Origin: an uncultured Methanosarcinaceae archaeon
GTDB lineage: Archaea > Halobacteriota > Methanosarcinia > Methanosarcinales > Methanosarcinaceae
Assembly: GCA_963833425.1 (NCBI GenBank)
Contig: CAWHXP010000002.1
Span: 256,001-320,000, forward strand
Direction: 5' to 3'
DNA length: 64,000 nt
Positions 45,157 to 55,428 of this stretch are shown here, piece by piece. Position numbers and translations under genes: made by a program. The notes beneath the pieces were generated by a model. It searched no databases. It had not been told where the DNA came from and saw nothing but the letters and a program-made list of their open reading frames with translations. Positions within the stretch are counted from its first letter, which is position 1. Each line of letters begins with the position of its first letter.

Positions 45157-45954
45157 TTGTTCATCATGCTGTTTATCATCTATCCCTTCATTTCGGTTAT
45201 TCTGTTAGTCTTATTTATACTTTTTACAGCAATAGGCCTTACTATCAAGTTCAAAATCATAAGTTTGAAGGAAACTAAAGAACTAAGAAGCATATTTGCT
45301 GTAAAATGGTTGTTTTTTTCTCATACTTTTTTAATTGAAGAGCCTCTGACAAAAAATAAAACGTTTGAGGAACCTAAAAAGTCGGAAGTTGAAAAGGTAG
45401 TAGAAACTCTGCAGGATGAAAAAATCGGAATTAAAAAAAAAACTGAGAATGGAGTAAAAACAAGATCAATTGATGGAATAAGAGGAGAAGAAAAAGTTAA
45501 AAAAGAAAATGTGACAGAGTCTAAAAAGGGGATGACCACCAGAGAAATGTTTAAATGGAGCTTTGAAGCATTTAGTTCTCTAAGAAAACCTTTATTTTGT
45601 CTATTTTCTGATTTGTTGAATGGAATCAAAATTAAAAGCCTGGAATCTTGCATGACTTTTTGCCTTCCAGATCCTTCTGATACTGGTATTCTCTGTGGAT
45701 TCCTACATGCTATCGCAGGATTTGTCTACAGTCGTTGTAGGCATTGTAATTTTTCCATAAAACCTGAATTCATGGATCCAATGTTGAATTTACAGGGAAA
45801 TTTGGAAATACGTATAAAAATACATTCTTTGATTCTTCCATTCATTAAATTTATATTTAACTGGAATACTTTATCTTTCACTTACTCGGTTGTGAAGGAT
45901 ATACTTCAGCGGAAATGGAAGTCTACATGGAAGCCTAAATGGAAGCTTGCCTAA
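45157..45954 (+). CDS. DUF2953 (YtfI-like) membrane-anchored protein
   Basis: N-terminal TM helix; DPSDTGILCG...IKPEF motif; follows the YtfJ-family gene. Confidence 0.7.
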   Translation: MFIMLFIIYPFISVILLVLFILFTAIGLTIKFKIISLKETKELRSIFAVKWLFFSHTFLIEEPLTKNKTFEEPKKSEVEKVVETLQDEKIGIKKKTENGVKTRSIDGIRGEEKVKKENVTESKKGMTTREMFKWSFEAFSSLRKPLFCLFSDLLNGIKIKSLESCMTFCLPDPSDTGILCGFLHAIAGFVYSRCRHCNFSIKPEFMDPMLNLQGNLEIRIKIHSLILPFIKFIFNWNTLSFTYSVVKDILQRKWKSTWKPKWKLA

Positions 45955-46003
45955 AAGTCTAACTCCGAATCTATATGAACAGGTAATGAGGATACAAGTG
46001 AAT

Positions 46004-46969
46004 ATGATTAAAGTAGTGTCTCCCTCTAGACTGCATCTTACCTTAATAGACCTCAATGCAGAGCTCGGCAGAGTTGATGGGGGAGTAGGAATTACCCTGG
46101 AATACCCATCCATGGAACTTTGGGCAGATAAGGCTGATAATATCGAAATTTTAGGAGATTCTCTTCTATATGAAAAAATGAGAAAAGCAGCAGATTCTCT
46201 GTTACCTGCTGGGAAGGGGATTAAGCTCCATATTAACGACAGTATTCCTGATCATGTAGGTCTCGGTTCCGGGACTCAGGCTGCACTTTCAGCAGGAGCT
46301 GCTTTAAATAAAATTTACGGACTTGGTAAAAGTATTCGAGAACTTGCAGTTGCTGTGGGTAGAGGAGGGACTTCTGGGATAGGGGTTGCTGCTTTTGAAT
46401 ATGGTGGTATAATCCTGGATGGAGGCCATAAATTTAAGGATAAGCTTAATTTTTCTCCTTCTGCTGCCTCAAATGTACCTCCTGGCCCTGTACTCTTCAG
46501 GGAAAATTTTCCTGACTGGCCGATTGTCCTTGCAATCCCTAATACTAAAGGAGTCCATGGCGCCGAAGAAGTGGATATTTTCAAAAAATATTGTCCTATT
46601 CCCCTTGCTGAAGTCCAGGAGATTTCCCATGTAATCCTTATTCAGATGCTACCGGCAATAATGGAAGAAGACCTGGAAAGTTTTGGGAGGGCAATCAACC
46701 ACTTCCAAATTGCAGGTTTTAAGAAGCGTGAAGTCGAACTTCAGCAACGACCTGTTCTGGACATCATGGAGTATATGCGAGACAATGGAGCAAGTGGTTC
46801 AGGAATCAGTTCTTTTGGGCCAGTAGTTTACGGGGTAGTTGGAAGCATCGGCGAAGGCAAAAAACTTCAGAAAGAATCTCAGCGAATGCTTAATGAATCT
46901 CTTGGAGGGAAGGTATTGCTCACAAAGGCTAAGAACAGTGGTGCCGATATATTTGGGGGTCCTGATTGA
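46004..46969 (+). CDS. mptG: Beta-ribofuranosylaminobenzene 5'-phosphate (RFAP) synthase, methanopterin pathway
   Basis: PSRLHLTLIDL...RVDGGVG, PDHVGLGSGTQ (GHMP motif), RGGTSGIG and SSFGP. Confidence 0.9.
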   Translation: MIKVVSPSRLHLTLIDLNAELGRVDGGVGITLEYPSMELWADKADNIEILGDSLLYEKMRKAADSLLPAGKGIKLHINDSIPDHVGLGSGTQAALSAGAALNKIYGLGKSIRELAVAVGRGGTSGIGVAAFEYGGIILDGGHKFKDKLNFSPSAASNVPPGPVLFRENFPDWPIVLAIPNTKGVHGAEEVDIFKKYCPIPLAEVQEISHVILIQMLPAIMEEDLESFGRAINHFQIAGFKKREVELQQRPVLDIMEYMRDNGASGSGISSFGPVVYGVVGSIGEGKKLQKESQRMLNESLGGKVLLTKAKNSGADIFGGPD

Positions 46970-47973
46970 AGATCAATACCTGGTTTGGAGTTCTTGAGAT
47001 AAGCAGAACAGGAGAAATTATGGAATCCGAGCTTTTTTCAAAGGATATCCAGGAGCTTGCACTTCACTCCCTTTGCCTCAGAAAAAACATAGTGAATCTT
47101 CTGCCGGAGAAATTTGATATGATAGCTGCGGCTCTCGAGTGCAAGTTTGTAGTTTCCCCTTCAGAGTATTATTCCCTTTTACATGAAGTGACCCTAAAAA
47201 CTGCAAAACTTCAAGTATCAGGAGCTCTTAACCCTGATCAGCGAATTATCCACGCTGTGGAAGCCCTGGATGACATTAATGAAAATATAAACTCCCTATC
47301 TGAAAGACTTTCCGAATGGTATGGGATTTATTTTCCGGAAAGCGGTCTTGGAGGAGAAGCTCTTGCCATTTTTGTTGCATATTATGGTTCACCTAATAAT
47401 TTAGGGTCTGAAAATCCTCTCTATTCTAAAACAATAAATTCAATGGGTGCAAAACTAGAGGCTGCAGACGAAATGCTGCTGAAGGGCTTTGCAGAAAGCG
47501 TTTATAGCCTGTATGAAAGGAAGAGACAGATAGAAGCTTATATAGAAGACAGCATGGGATCGATTTCACCAAATCTAAAACTCATTGCAGGCTCAATTCT
47601 TGGGGCAAGATTAATAAGTATTGCAGGGAGCCTCGAGAAACTTGCTTCTTTTCCTTCAAGTACTATTCAAGTTATAGGGGCTAGCAAGGCTCTCTTCAAG
47701 CACCTTCGAGCTCGAGCTCCGTCTCCTAAGCATGGAATCATCTATAGTCATCATCTACTGAATACTGCTCCCTGGTGGGTAAGGGGAAAAATCGCAAGAG
47801 CGCTTGCAGGGAAGTTATCCCTTGCTTCTAGACTCGACTATTATTCAGGCGAAAAAGACCCCTCCCTTGTAGAAAAACTTGAAATAAAGGTTCGACTGAT
47901 CAAGGCTTCAAATCCCAAACCTCCTCAACGAATGCAAGTAAACGAGACAAAAACCAAAAAAAGGAAGAGGTAA
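46966..47973 (+). CDS. nop5: C/D box RNP protein Nop5
   Basis: ERLSEWYG.YFPE, GARLISIAGSLEKLA.FPSSTIQVIGA.KALF and SPKHGII motifs. Confidence 0.92.
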   Translation: MKINTWFGVLEISRTGEIMESELFSKDIQELALHSLCLRKNIVNLLPEKFDMIAAALECKFVVSPSEYYSLLHEVTLKTAKLQVSGALNPDQRIIHAVEALDDINENINSLSERLSEWYGIYFPESGLGGEALAIFVAYYGSPNNLGSENPLYSKTINSMGAKLEAADEMLLKGFAESVYSLYERKRQIEAYIEDSMGSISPNLKLIAGSILGARLISIAGSLEKLASFPSSTIQVIGASKALFKHLRARAPSPKHGIIYSHHLLNTAPWWVRGKIARALAGKLSLASRLDYYSGEKDPSLVEKLEIKVRLIKASNPKPPQRMQVNETKTKKRKR

Positions 47974-48657
47974 ATGCCTAAAGTCAATAAACTATACGAT
48001 GGAATTTATGAGATAGTGAAAGACAAAAAGCAGCTTGCTACACGGAACATTGACTGTGGTAAAGTAGTCTACGGAGAAAAATTAATTTCCTTAGAAGGTG
48101 TTGAATACCGAATATGGGACCCACACAGGAGCAAGCTGGGAGCCATGATCCTAAAGAAGTTCAACATACCTATTAAAGAAAATTTTAAAATTCTCTATCT
48201 TGGAGCAGCATCAGGCACAACTGTAAGTCACGTATCTGACATCGTTTCAGGTGGTGCAGTCTATGCCGTTGAGTTTGCCCCGCGGAGCATGAGAGATCTC
48301 ATAGGACTTGCATCTAGACGGAAAAATATCTACCCAATCCTAGCTGATGCGAGGAAAACAGATAGTTATGCCCATCTAGTTGAACCTGTGGATCTCATCT
48401 TTCAGGACGTTGCACAACCCAACCAGGTAGAAATAGCTACAAGAAATGCTGCTCGTTTTTTGAAAAGAGCCGGATATGTCCTGCTTTCCATCAAGTCACG
48501 AAGTATCGATACTGTGATGAACCCTAAAAAAATATTTGCAAATGAGCTTCGAAAACTAGAGCAAACACTTGAACCAAAATTCGAAATTCTTTGCGTAAAG
48601 GACCTGATGCCCTATCATGAAGACCACCTCGGAGTTATCGCAAAATTAAAAAATTAA
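47974..48657 (+). CDS. flpA: Fibrillarin-like rRNA/tRNA 2'-O-methyltransferase
   Basis: EYRIWDP.RSKL, LYLGAASGTTVSHVSD and DVAQPNQ motifs. Confidence 0.95.
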   Translation: MPKVNKLYDGIYEIVKDKKQLATRNIDCGKVVYGEKLISLEGVEYRIWDPHRSKLGAMILKKFNIPIKENFKILYLGAASGTTVSHVSDIVSGGAVYAVEFAPRSMRDLIGLASRRKNIYPILADARKTDSYAHLVEPVDLIFQDVAQPNQVEIATRNAARFLKRAGYVLLSIKSRSIDTVMNPKKIFANELRKLEQTLEPKFEILCVKDLMPYHEDHLGVIAKLKN

Positions 48658-48998
48658 ATCGGTATCAAAGTATATTATTTCTAATTTTTAAATAAATTAA
48701 GCGAAGTTATTTCTTATTATCATAATCAATTATTTCATTATCATAAATAATTTCTTTGATATTTATCTAATTTATATAAATGTTTCGTAACTTAAGATAT
48801 TCGGAAATATTGTTTGTTACGGAGAATTTCAAAAAACCTCTAATTTGATCATATGTACATAAATAGACAGCAATTGACTCGTGAAATTCAGAGATTCGTC
48901 TAAATCCTCTTTAACTCGATTTTTGCCGTCTCTTTTAATTCAGGAAAAATTATTGAATAAATTATACTAAAGTAGGATTCTGGACTTTTGTCCCACAC

Positions 48999-50138
48999 TT
49001 ATTCTACAACTTTCAAGTATTTTTTCCGGAATTCGGGGTTCCTCATAAGACAGCACTTTGCATTGTACACAGGATCCTTACGGATTTTCTTCCAAATATC
49101 TTTTATTTTGTCTCTATATACATTCCCATATGGGATAGGAATACAAGCACAGGGTAGAATGTTCCCTTCTGGAGTGATGTGTAACCATTTCCTGCCTGCC
49201 ATACAACCAGTTGCCTTCATGATCTGCGGGATAGCAAAAACTCTTGGACCTTCTTTTTCCCTGACAATCGATACAAAATTGTCAAATTTTCTCATATTTT
49301 TTGGGTTCACGATTTCGGAAGTATTATTCATCCACCTGCCAGTAGGAACTATTTCGTACAAAGAAAGTTCGTGGACTCCAAGCTCTGATGCAAGTGTATA
49401 TATTTGTTCAAGCTCGTTTACGTTGTCATTGGAAAGAACCACATACATATTCACAAGCAAATCTGCCTTAATTCCATTTTTGACTGCCTCAACCGCACTG
49501 TTGAAAACCCCTTTTCTACCCCTGACATAATCATGCTGATCTTCAGACGCGCTGTCAAAACTGACAGTAAGGGAATAAAGGCCTGCTTCTTTCAAGCTTC
49601 TTGCTCTCTCTTCAGTCAGCCCGATTCCAGATGTAAACATTCCGTTGACGGCTTTTTCAGGATCTACATAATTAATCAGGTCTTCTAATCCAGGATACAT
49701 AAGAGGTTCGCCTCCGTCAAAGATTACGACGGTCGTGCCCATCTCGAGAACTTGATCAATTGTGGATTTCACTGCTTCAGGTGTGAGTTTCGCCCGGTTT
49801 TTTGTGTCAGGAAGAGCACAATGGATACAGTTGTTGGGACATTCCTCAGTTATTGAGATGGTTACCTGATCGGGAACCATTTTACCCAGAATGGACAAAA
49901 GCTGGCTTTTAACCAGGCGATCAAAACCTAGACTTGGTATGGAGGGCAGCCAGGTCGAACAAATAAGCCTATCGGAATCTATTTTTGCAGGTTTTTCTCC
50001 TTCAAAAATTGAGAGGTTTTTCCCAAGATTTTTTCGCATAATTATGGACGCTGGCCCGCTGGTTATTAGCCTCATGCGTCCGTCATCTATTTTGACAGAT
50101 ATTCTTAGGAAGGGGCTTTTATAAAAATCATACTCCAT
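48999..50138 (-). CDS. Radical SAM protein with SPASM/Twitch-like C-terminus
   Basis: CPNNCIHC, DGGEP and CMAGR...ITPEGNILPC...C. Confidence 0.88.
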   Translation of the reverse strand: MEYDFYKSPFLRISVKIDDGRMRLITSGPASIIMRKNLGKNLSIFEGEKPAKIDSDRLICSTWLPSIPSLGFDRLVKSQLLSILGKMVPDQVTISITEECPNNCIHCALPDTKNRAKLTPEAVKSTIDQVLEMGTTVVIFDGGEPLMYPGLEDLINYVDPEKAVNGMFTSGIGLTEERARSLKEAGLYSLTVSFDSASEDQHDYVRGRKGVFNSAVEAVKNGIKADLLVNMYVVLSNDNVNELEQIYTLASELGVHELSLYEIVPTGRWMNNTSEIVNPKNMRKFDNFVSIVREKEGPRVFAIPQIMKATGCMAGRKWLHITPEGNILPCACIPIPYGNVYRDKIKDIWKKIRKDPVYNAKCCLMRNPEFRKKYLKVVE

Positions 50139-50221
50139 ATTTTATCCTGCATCGGATGTTTGATGCTGATATTTGTGCAAGCCAGATTCTTTATTTAAAT
50201 TAGTCTTTTAAAATCCAAAGC

Positions 50222-51379
50222 TCATTTGTTCCTGAAAAGTGCTCTGCAATTCAATATTGAAAAGGGTTTTTTCTTCAACATGAATGCAAAGATCTGCATC
50301 GTCTGCTCAACTGAAGTTCCATGAATGAATGAGAGATTTTCATTCTCAAAAACAGTTACTATATCATCAATTTCTCTGTCTGTCATTTTTCGAAGAGTTT
50401 CAAGCCCTATGCGACCAACGTAATGTTCTATCTTAAATTCCTTTTCCCAAGTCTTCCGATACTCTGATAGATAATTTTTTGAGGTGTCCCCTTTTTTTAC
50501 AGCATCTGCAGCCACATCTCCGCATATTTGGCCTGCTCTCATTGCATAGCCTATCCCGGACTGACCGGCTGCCCCACCGACGACCATGATTCCATCGGTA
50601 ATAAACTCATTCGGAAGTGTTACTATAGGGTCTCCGCCGGAAAATTTTCTTACGACTTCAAAATCTAGTAATCCTTTTATTTTCTTGAATTTTTCAATCC
50701 AGGAGTTCAGGTAAGGCATTGCATCCTTTCCGCATCTACGTACATATGCCCCGATTGAAGCATTGTCTCCCCCCCTTGGGGAATAAGTAGTCTTCCATCC
50801 AGGGGCATGATTTCCTACGTAATACTCAAACATTTTTGATTTACCAATGCCTGAAGCCCGAATTTCAAGTTCAATTCCCCAAGCAATATCTTCCGGATGT
50901 TTCATCGTTTTCAGCCCAACAGAGGATGCCATTTTCGAATTAATACCGTCTGAGATAATTACGATTTTTGACTTAAAAATCCCGGTCGAGGTTTTGACAG
51001 AAAATGTTTTCCCGTCTCTGAGAATATTCTGTGCTTCTACCCCTTTTTGAACATCTACGCCGATATTTATTATTTTTTCCGTATAAAATCTGTCGAACTC
51101 TGTTTTATCAATAGCATATCCAGGGGCCTCAACCTCTACTATCCTTCCCGCAGGAGAAATAATTTGCATGCCCTTGAGGTAATGCATTACATAAGACGGA
51201 TCTACTGTCTCTCCACATTTATCAAACATATTCTTAAAAAAAGAATTTGCAGGATGTGGAGGGTTTCCAATATTTTCTTTTTTTTCCAGCAAAAGGACTG
51301 TAGAGCCTTTTTCACTCGCGTTCCTTGCAGCCATCAATCCTGCAGGAGATACTCCAATAACAATAATATCCGCATCCAT
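50222..51379 (-). CDS. Divergent geranylgeranyl-reductase-family flavoprotein
   Basis: IVIGVSPAG...LLEKK FAD-binding start; KTEFD, ISDG..S, VGGAAG and GIGYAM..G...G motifs. Confidence 0.8.
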   Translation of the reverse strand: MDADIIVIGVSPAGLMAARNASEKGSTVLLLEKKENIGNPPHPANSFFKNMFDKCGETVDPSYVMHYLKGMQIISPAGRIVEVEAPGYAIDKTEFDRFYTEKIINIGVDVQKGVEAQNILRDGKTFSVKTSTGIFKSKIVIISDGINSKMASSVGLKTMKHPEDIAWGIELEIRASGIGKSKMFEYYVGNHAPGWKTTYSPRGGDNASIGAYVRRCGKDAMPYLNSWIEKFKKIKGLLDFEVVRKFSGGDPIVTLPNEFITDGIMVVGGAAGQSGIGYAMRAGQICGDVAADAVKKGDTSKNYLSEYRKTWEKEFKIEHYVGRIGLETLRKMTDREIDDIVTVFENENLSFIHGTSVEQTMQIFAFMLKKKPFSILNCRALFRNK

Positions 51380-51395
51380 GTTCCCCTGCCTTTTT

Positions 51396-52337
51396 TCACC
51401 AGAGAATGGAGGTATAAGATCCTACATAAATGCACAGCACCACATCCAGGATCATTGATCCGAACATGATTGCTCTGTAATTTGAGCCTTTAAGGAAGAT
51501 TGCAGCTCCCCTCTCCGGGGTAGGGTGCCTGATAAAGTCAAAACACTGGACAAGCATCCAGAGCCCTGAGGCAGAGGCACCTACAAAATATACGGGCCCA
51601 AGATGGGCAGACCAGCCGATAAGCACTGATGCAATAACACCGACAACCCACCAGATAGTAACAAATCTGGCGGTAAAAGGAATTCCAAATGTCACTGGCA
51701 TTGTAGGGGCACCCTTAAGCCTGTCCCCTTCCAAGTCTCTGGAAACACCTCCAAGAGTAAAAGCCCAGTCTGTAACACACATCATAAGCCCAAAACAAAT
51801 AGCTGGCAAGGGAAGAGTTACCCCGTCGCCGCCTTTCAGTAGCCCTATAGGGTCAAAGGCAACCCAAACACCTATAGGCACAAGCCCATAGGAGATACCC
51901 ACGGGCAAAAAGCTGAGAAAGGTGTGCCTCTTTGCAAAGATCGAATAAATGGTAATAGTTCCGACCGCAATAAAAAGGATAATGAGAGATTCAGGGTTTA
52001 GATAAGTGGCTGATGCGCCTGCTATTACTAACAACAAGAAGGCATAAATAAAAGCCGAATTTTTTGAGATTCTGGAAGAGGGTAGAGGGCGGCCTGGCAG
52101 ATTGATCGTATCTATATCAATATCGCAGCAATCATTAAAGACGTATGAACTGGTAATCGCCGCAAAGCCTCCTATAACGGCAATCAAGAAGGGGATAAGT
52201 TTAGGAAGTCCTCCTGTTGCTATATAAGAGGCCAGAATTGCACTCGAAGATGGAAGGGTAAGATCCATGTAGTAGAGTTCGGGCCTTAAAAGTTTGAGGT
52301 AAGGACTGAGTTCTCCAATTCTTGCTGTAAGAGAAAT
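51396..52337 (-). CDS. UbiA-family prenyltransferase
   Basis: NDCCDIDIDTIN...RPLPS and RDLEGD acidic motifs; multiple TM helices. The frame extends above the track start through YLKLLRP to ATT at 52337 behind GAGGTGA. Confidence 0.88.
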   Translation of the reverse strand: MSLTARIGELSPYLKLLRPELYYMDLTLPSSSAILASYIATGGLPKLIPFLIAVIGGFAAITSSYVFNDCCDIDIDTINLPGRPLPSSRISKNSAFIYAFLLLVIAGASATYLNPESLIILFIAVGTITIYSIFAKRHTFLSFLPVGISYGLVPIGVWVAFDPIGLLKGGDGVTLPLPAICFGLMMCVTDWAFTLGGVSRDLEGDRLKGAPTMPVTFGIPFTARFVTIWWVVGVIASVLIGWSAHLGPVYFVGASASGLWMLVQCFDFIRHPTPERGAAIFLKGSNYRAIMFGSMILDVVLCIYVGSYTSILW

Positions 52338-52608
52338 TATTTCACCTCTATTTTTCGAATAGATACAGAAGTCTTTTTATCTGAATTATTTATACTTCAG
52401 GTTTTTTTTAATTTATAATATTTTTTGCAATAAGTCCTATGAAGGTTCGCATCTCAAAAAGTTTTTCTTTTTATTTTTTTTCAGAGACAGTGTTTTATTT
52501 ATGAGATTTAGTGAAGGAGTTATAAGTAAATCATAAAGGATATATTAGGAAGTCTGAAGAACTGTTAGATGCTCAATGTCGTTACAAAGCTCCTATAGAG
52601 CTCATTTT

Positions 52609-54081
52609 TTATGTTTCTTCCCCAGCCTCCCTGTAGATCAGTTTTGCATTTTTGCTTATTTCTTCAAATAGCGGGTGTTTGAACTCCTTTTCGCAGACAA
52701 AGGTAAACTCTGCTTTCGGGTTTAAGACCATTAGTTTAAGAGTATTTAGAAGAGCTGTGCTGAGGGCTTCATAATCCGGAAATTTAGGAACCTCGGCATT
52801 GAAAGGATATACTTCATCCATTTCAACAGGAAATGCCCCGAACGGTGCTTTGAAATTAAGGATTTGATCGTAACTGTTCTCTCCCTTCACAGGGTCTGTG
52901 CGAATAAGTACCGAGCCTTCAAAGCTAAACCTTCCCAGTCGTTTCCCAAAACGTAGGATTTCTGGCCGAGAGGAAGATTCTGGTCCACAGTAAAAATATG
53001 TTCCTTTTGTGGCTGGATCCAACTGTTCAAGCCAGTGTGAGTGTGTATAAAGTTTTTTCAGTCCTTCAAGAAGCCTTGGATGAGAACGGCATCTTTTCTC
53101 TACAAGTTCGAGCAATTTTCCGTCCTTTATGCACTGTTTAATAAGCCGGATTTCAGCAAAAGTTGCGTAGAGGTTGTGCTTTCCCAAAAGTTCTTCCCTG
53201 TTATCTGCTTTTTTAAGTTCTTGTGCGGTATATTTTGAACAAACCTGACAGGAACAGGGTAAATAATTTAATTTATCCAAATGATAAGTCCCGTTTACAG
53301 TAATATAGCGCCCGTCCTTAGCATAAAGGGCATAAGCTGCCGAATCAAAAAGATCGCAGCCAAGTGCCACTGCAATAGCGAACATCATAGGGTGCCCTGC
53401 TCCGAAAAGATGTATCGGTGAGACTGGAGAAAGCCTTTTTTTGGATGCCGCAACTAAGTCAACGAGATCTGCATAACGGTATGCTTCCAAGAGCGGGACA
53501 ATTGCTCCCAGAGAATATACATCAAATTTGAGATTTTTTAGTTGGGTAGCAGCCTTTTCTCTAAGATCAAGGTAAGTTGAGCCCTGTACTGGCCCCGCAA
53601 GTAGTTGTTCACCCTTAATAAACTTACGGGCAGCTTCCAGACGTTCATATGTGATCGCAAGCTCCTCTTCAGCTCTTTTATAGTGAACATCTGGGGGCGT
53701 TGGAATGTCGAGAGGGACAACAATATCGCTTCCGATCTTTTGCTGAAACCCAAGAATCTCTTCATTTGTTACTTCGACAGAACCATATACTGAAAGCTGA
53801 AAAGAACCCGAGTCAGTCATAACGGGTCCGTCAAAATCTATGAGCTTGTGCAGCCCTTTCTCAAGAGCAATTTTTCGCAGCTCTTCCTTACGGTAGATAA
53901 TATAAGAATTGGTGATCAGGATTTCTGCTCCGAAGGTTCCCATTTCTCTTGGAGAGATAAGCTGGATATTCGGATTGATTACAGGCATTACTGTAGGTGT
54001 CTCAACAATTCCATGGGGAGTCCTTAACTTTCCTATCCTTCCGCCTGCGTCCTTGTCAAAAATTTTGAATATTACTGACAT
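52609..54081 (-). CDS. tgtA: Archaeosine tRNA-guanine(15) transglycosylase
   Basis: GRIG.L.TPHG.VETP..MPV, MTDSGSFQL, HLFGAGHP, DLFDSA and the Zn site CSCQVC...HN; no PUA domain. Confidence 0.93.
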   Translation of the reverse strand: MSVIFKIFDKDAGGRIGKLRTPHGIVETPTVMPVINPNIQLISPREMGTFGAEILITNSYIIYRKEELRKIALEKGLHKLIDFDGPVMTDSGSFQLSVYGSVEVTNEEILGFQQKIGSDIVVPLDIPTPPDVHYKRAEEELAITYERLEAARKFIKGEQLLAGPVQGSTYLDLREKAATQLKNLKFDVYSLGAIVPLLEAYRYADLVDLVAASKKRLSPVSPIHLFGAGHPMMFAIAVALGCDLFDSAAYALYAKDGRYITVNGTYHLDKLNYLPCSCQVCSKYTAQELKKADNREELLGKHNLYATFAEIRLIKQCIKDGKLLELVEKRCRSHPRLLEGLKKLYTHSHWLEQLDPATKGTYFYCGPESSSRPEILRFGKRLGRFSFEGSVLIRTDPVKGENSYDQILNFKAPFGAFPVEMDEVYPFNAEVPKFPDYEALSTALLNTLKLMVLNPKAEFTFVCEKEFKHPLFEEISKNAKLIYREAGEET

Positions 54082-55428
54082 ACCGGCATTATAGACGCTC
54101 ACTAGATATATTTATTTTTGGGATTGGAAATAAACCAGGATAAAGTGGAAGGAGCCTAAAGATACACTTTCTCAGTTTTAAAAAACAGGGAGAAAATGGT
54201 TTTTAAGTCAGAATTCCGGTATCTAACTACTTTTTCTAGATTTTTTTACCTGAATTTTTTTCCTACCTCAGTCTTTTATTGCTCGAGACATTGAAGTAAT
54301 TTTCCAGAAACCATAGGGAGAAGAAATCACTGCTCTTAGATATTCTCATTACAATGATCATATAGGTTACCTATCGAGTATCTCCTATACTATAATTACT
54401 ATGTCATCTAAAACAAGGATATATCTTTATTAGCTGCTATAATTGCAACATCAATATTTACTTCGAAGATTATTCCGAAGAGATAACTAAATTTGAGAAT
54501 TACTTCCAAGGCTTGTTGCAGGTGTAACCATGTCAAGCAAAATAATAGAAATGGATAGAAGTTCCAATGTAAGACTCAAGATTTTGAACTTAATGCGATT
54601 TGAATGGCGCTAGAAACATCGAGCATAGAACACGAGCGATCGGTTTATCTTAGAATCTCATGGTTGTCTGTCAATCATCCATACGGATAGTATGATTTGG
54701 TTAATCAGATATATCTCGGCCTGTTATTTCACCGGCAATATTGAATTTCGTCAAACATATAGGTTGAGTGGAAATTACTTTCCGGGATCTTCAGGTTTCT
54801 TATTCTATCATCCTTCTACTTCCCACTACCTTTTCTTTTTGGCAATAATGGTAGCTTATCCAGATAAATTCTATTCCACTACCCTTTAAATCCTAAGTCA
54901 TTCTTATAGCAATTTTTCCGCTTGGGCTAATTGCTATAATATGGAATATTTTAAACTGTGGTGATTTTCTTGATGTTGCCTCAACAATTGCTTTCGTACT
55001 TGACTCTCATACACTGTTATCGATGGAAAATATATTTTTTCCAAGTATTATTCTCTTCTTCATTCGTATTTTGTATCCTGATGCGGCTCTTTTTTACGGT
55101 TCCTTTTCTAATCTATGCTCATCCTTATAACAATTTCAAAAACGAATTCTTCTCCGGATGGTTCTCATTGAGGAGATATATTATATTGGATTATAAATAT
55201 ATTTAATACGGATATATTCCTCCTTCAGAAGAAAAAATATATATTGAAACGAGTCTATTTTAATAAAAAAGAGATTTATGAAATTCGGAAATCCGGATTC
55301 ATTGCATAATTTTTTTCTTGTTGACTTCAATGCAGAAAGCAAAGCAGACTCAGGCTACTGAAAAAATTATTTATCTATGATTAGGTAAAATATAATCATA
55401 GGGGTCGCATTTTATAGAGGTGTTTTTT

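Noticed and set aside
48660..48990. C/D box guide RNA downstream of fibrillarin
   Set aside because: No properly spaced RUGAUGA / CUGA pair was found.
54300..55210. Possible decayed gene between tgtA and the PAC2 gene
   Set aside because: The composition looks coding-like, but I could not assign any fragment to a family.
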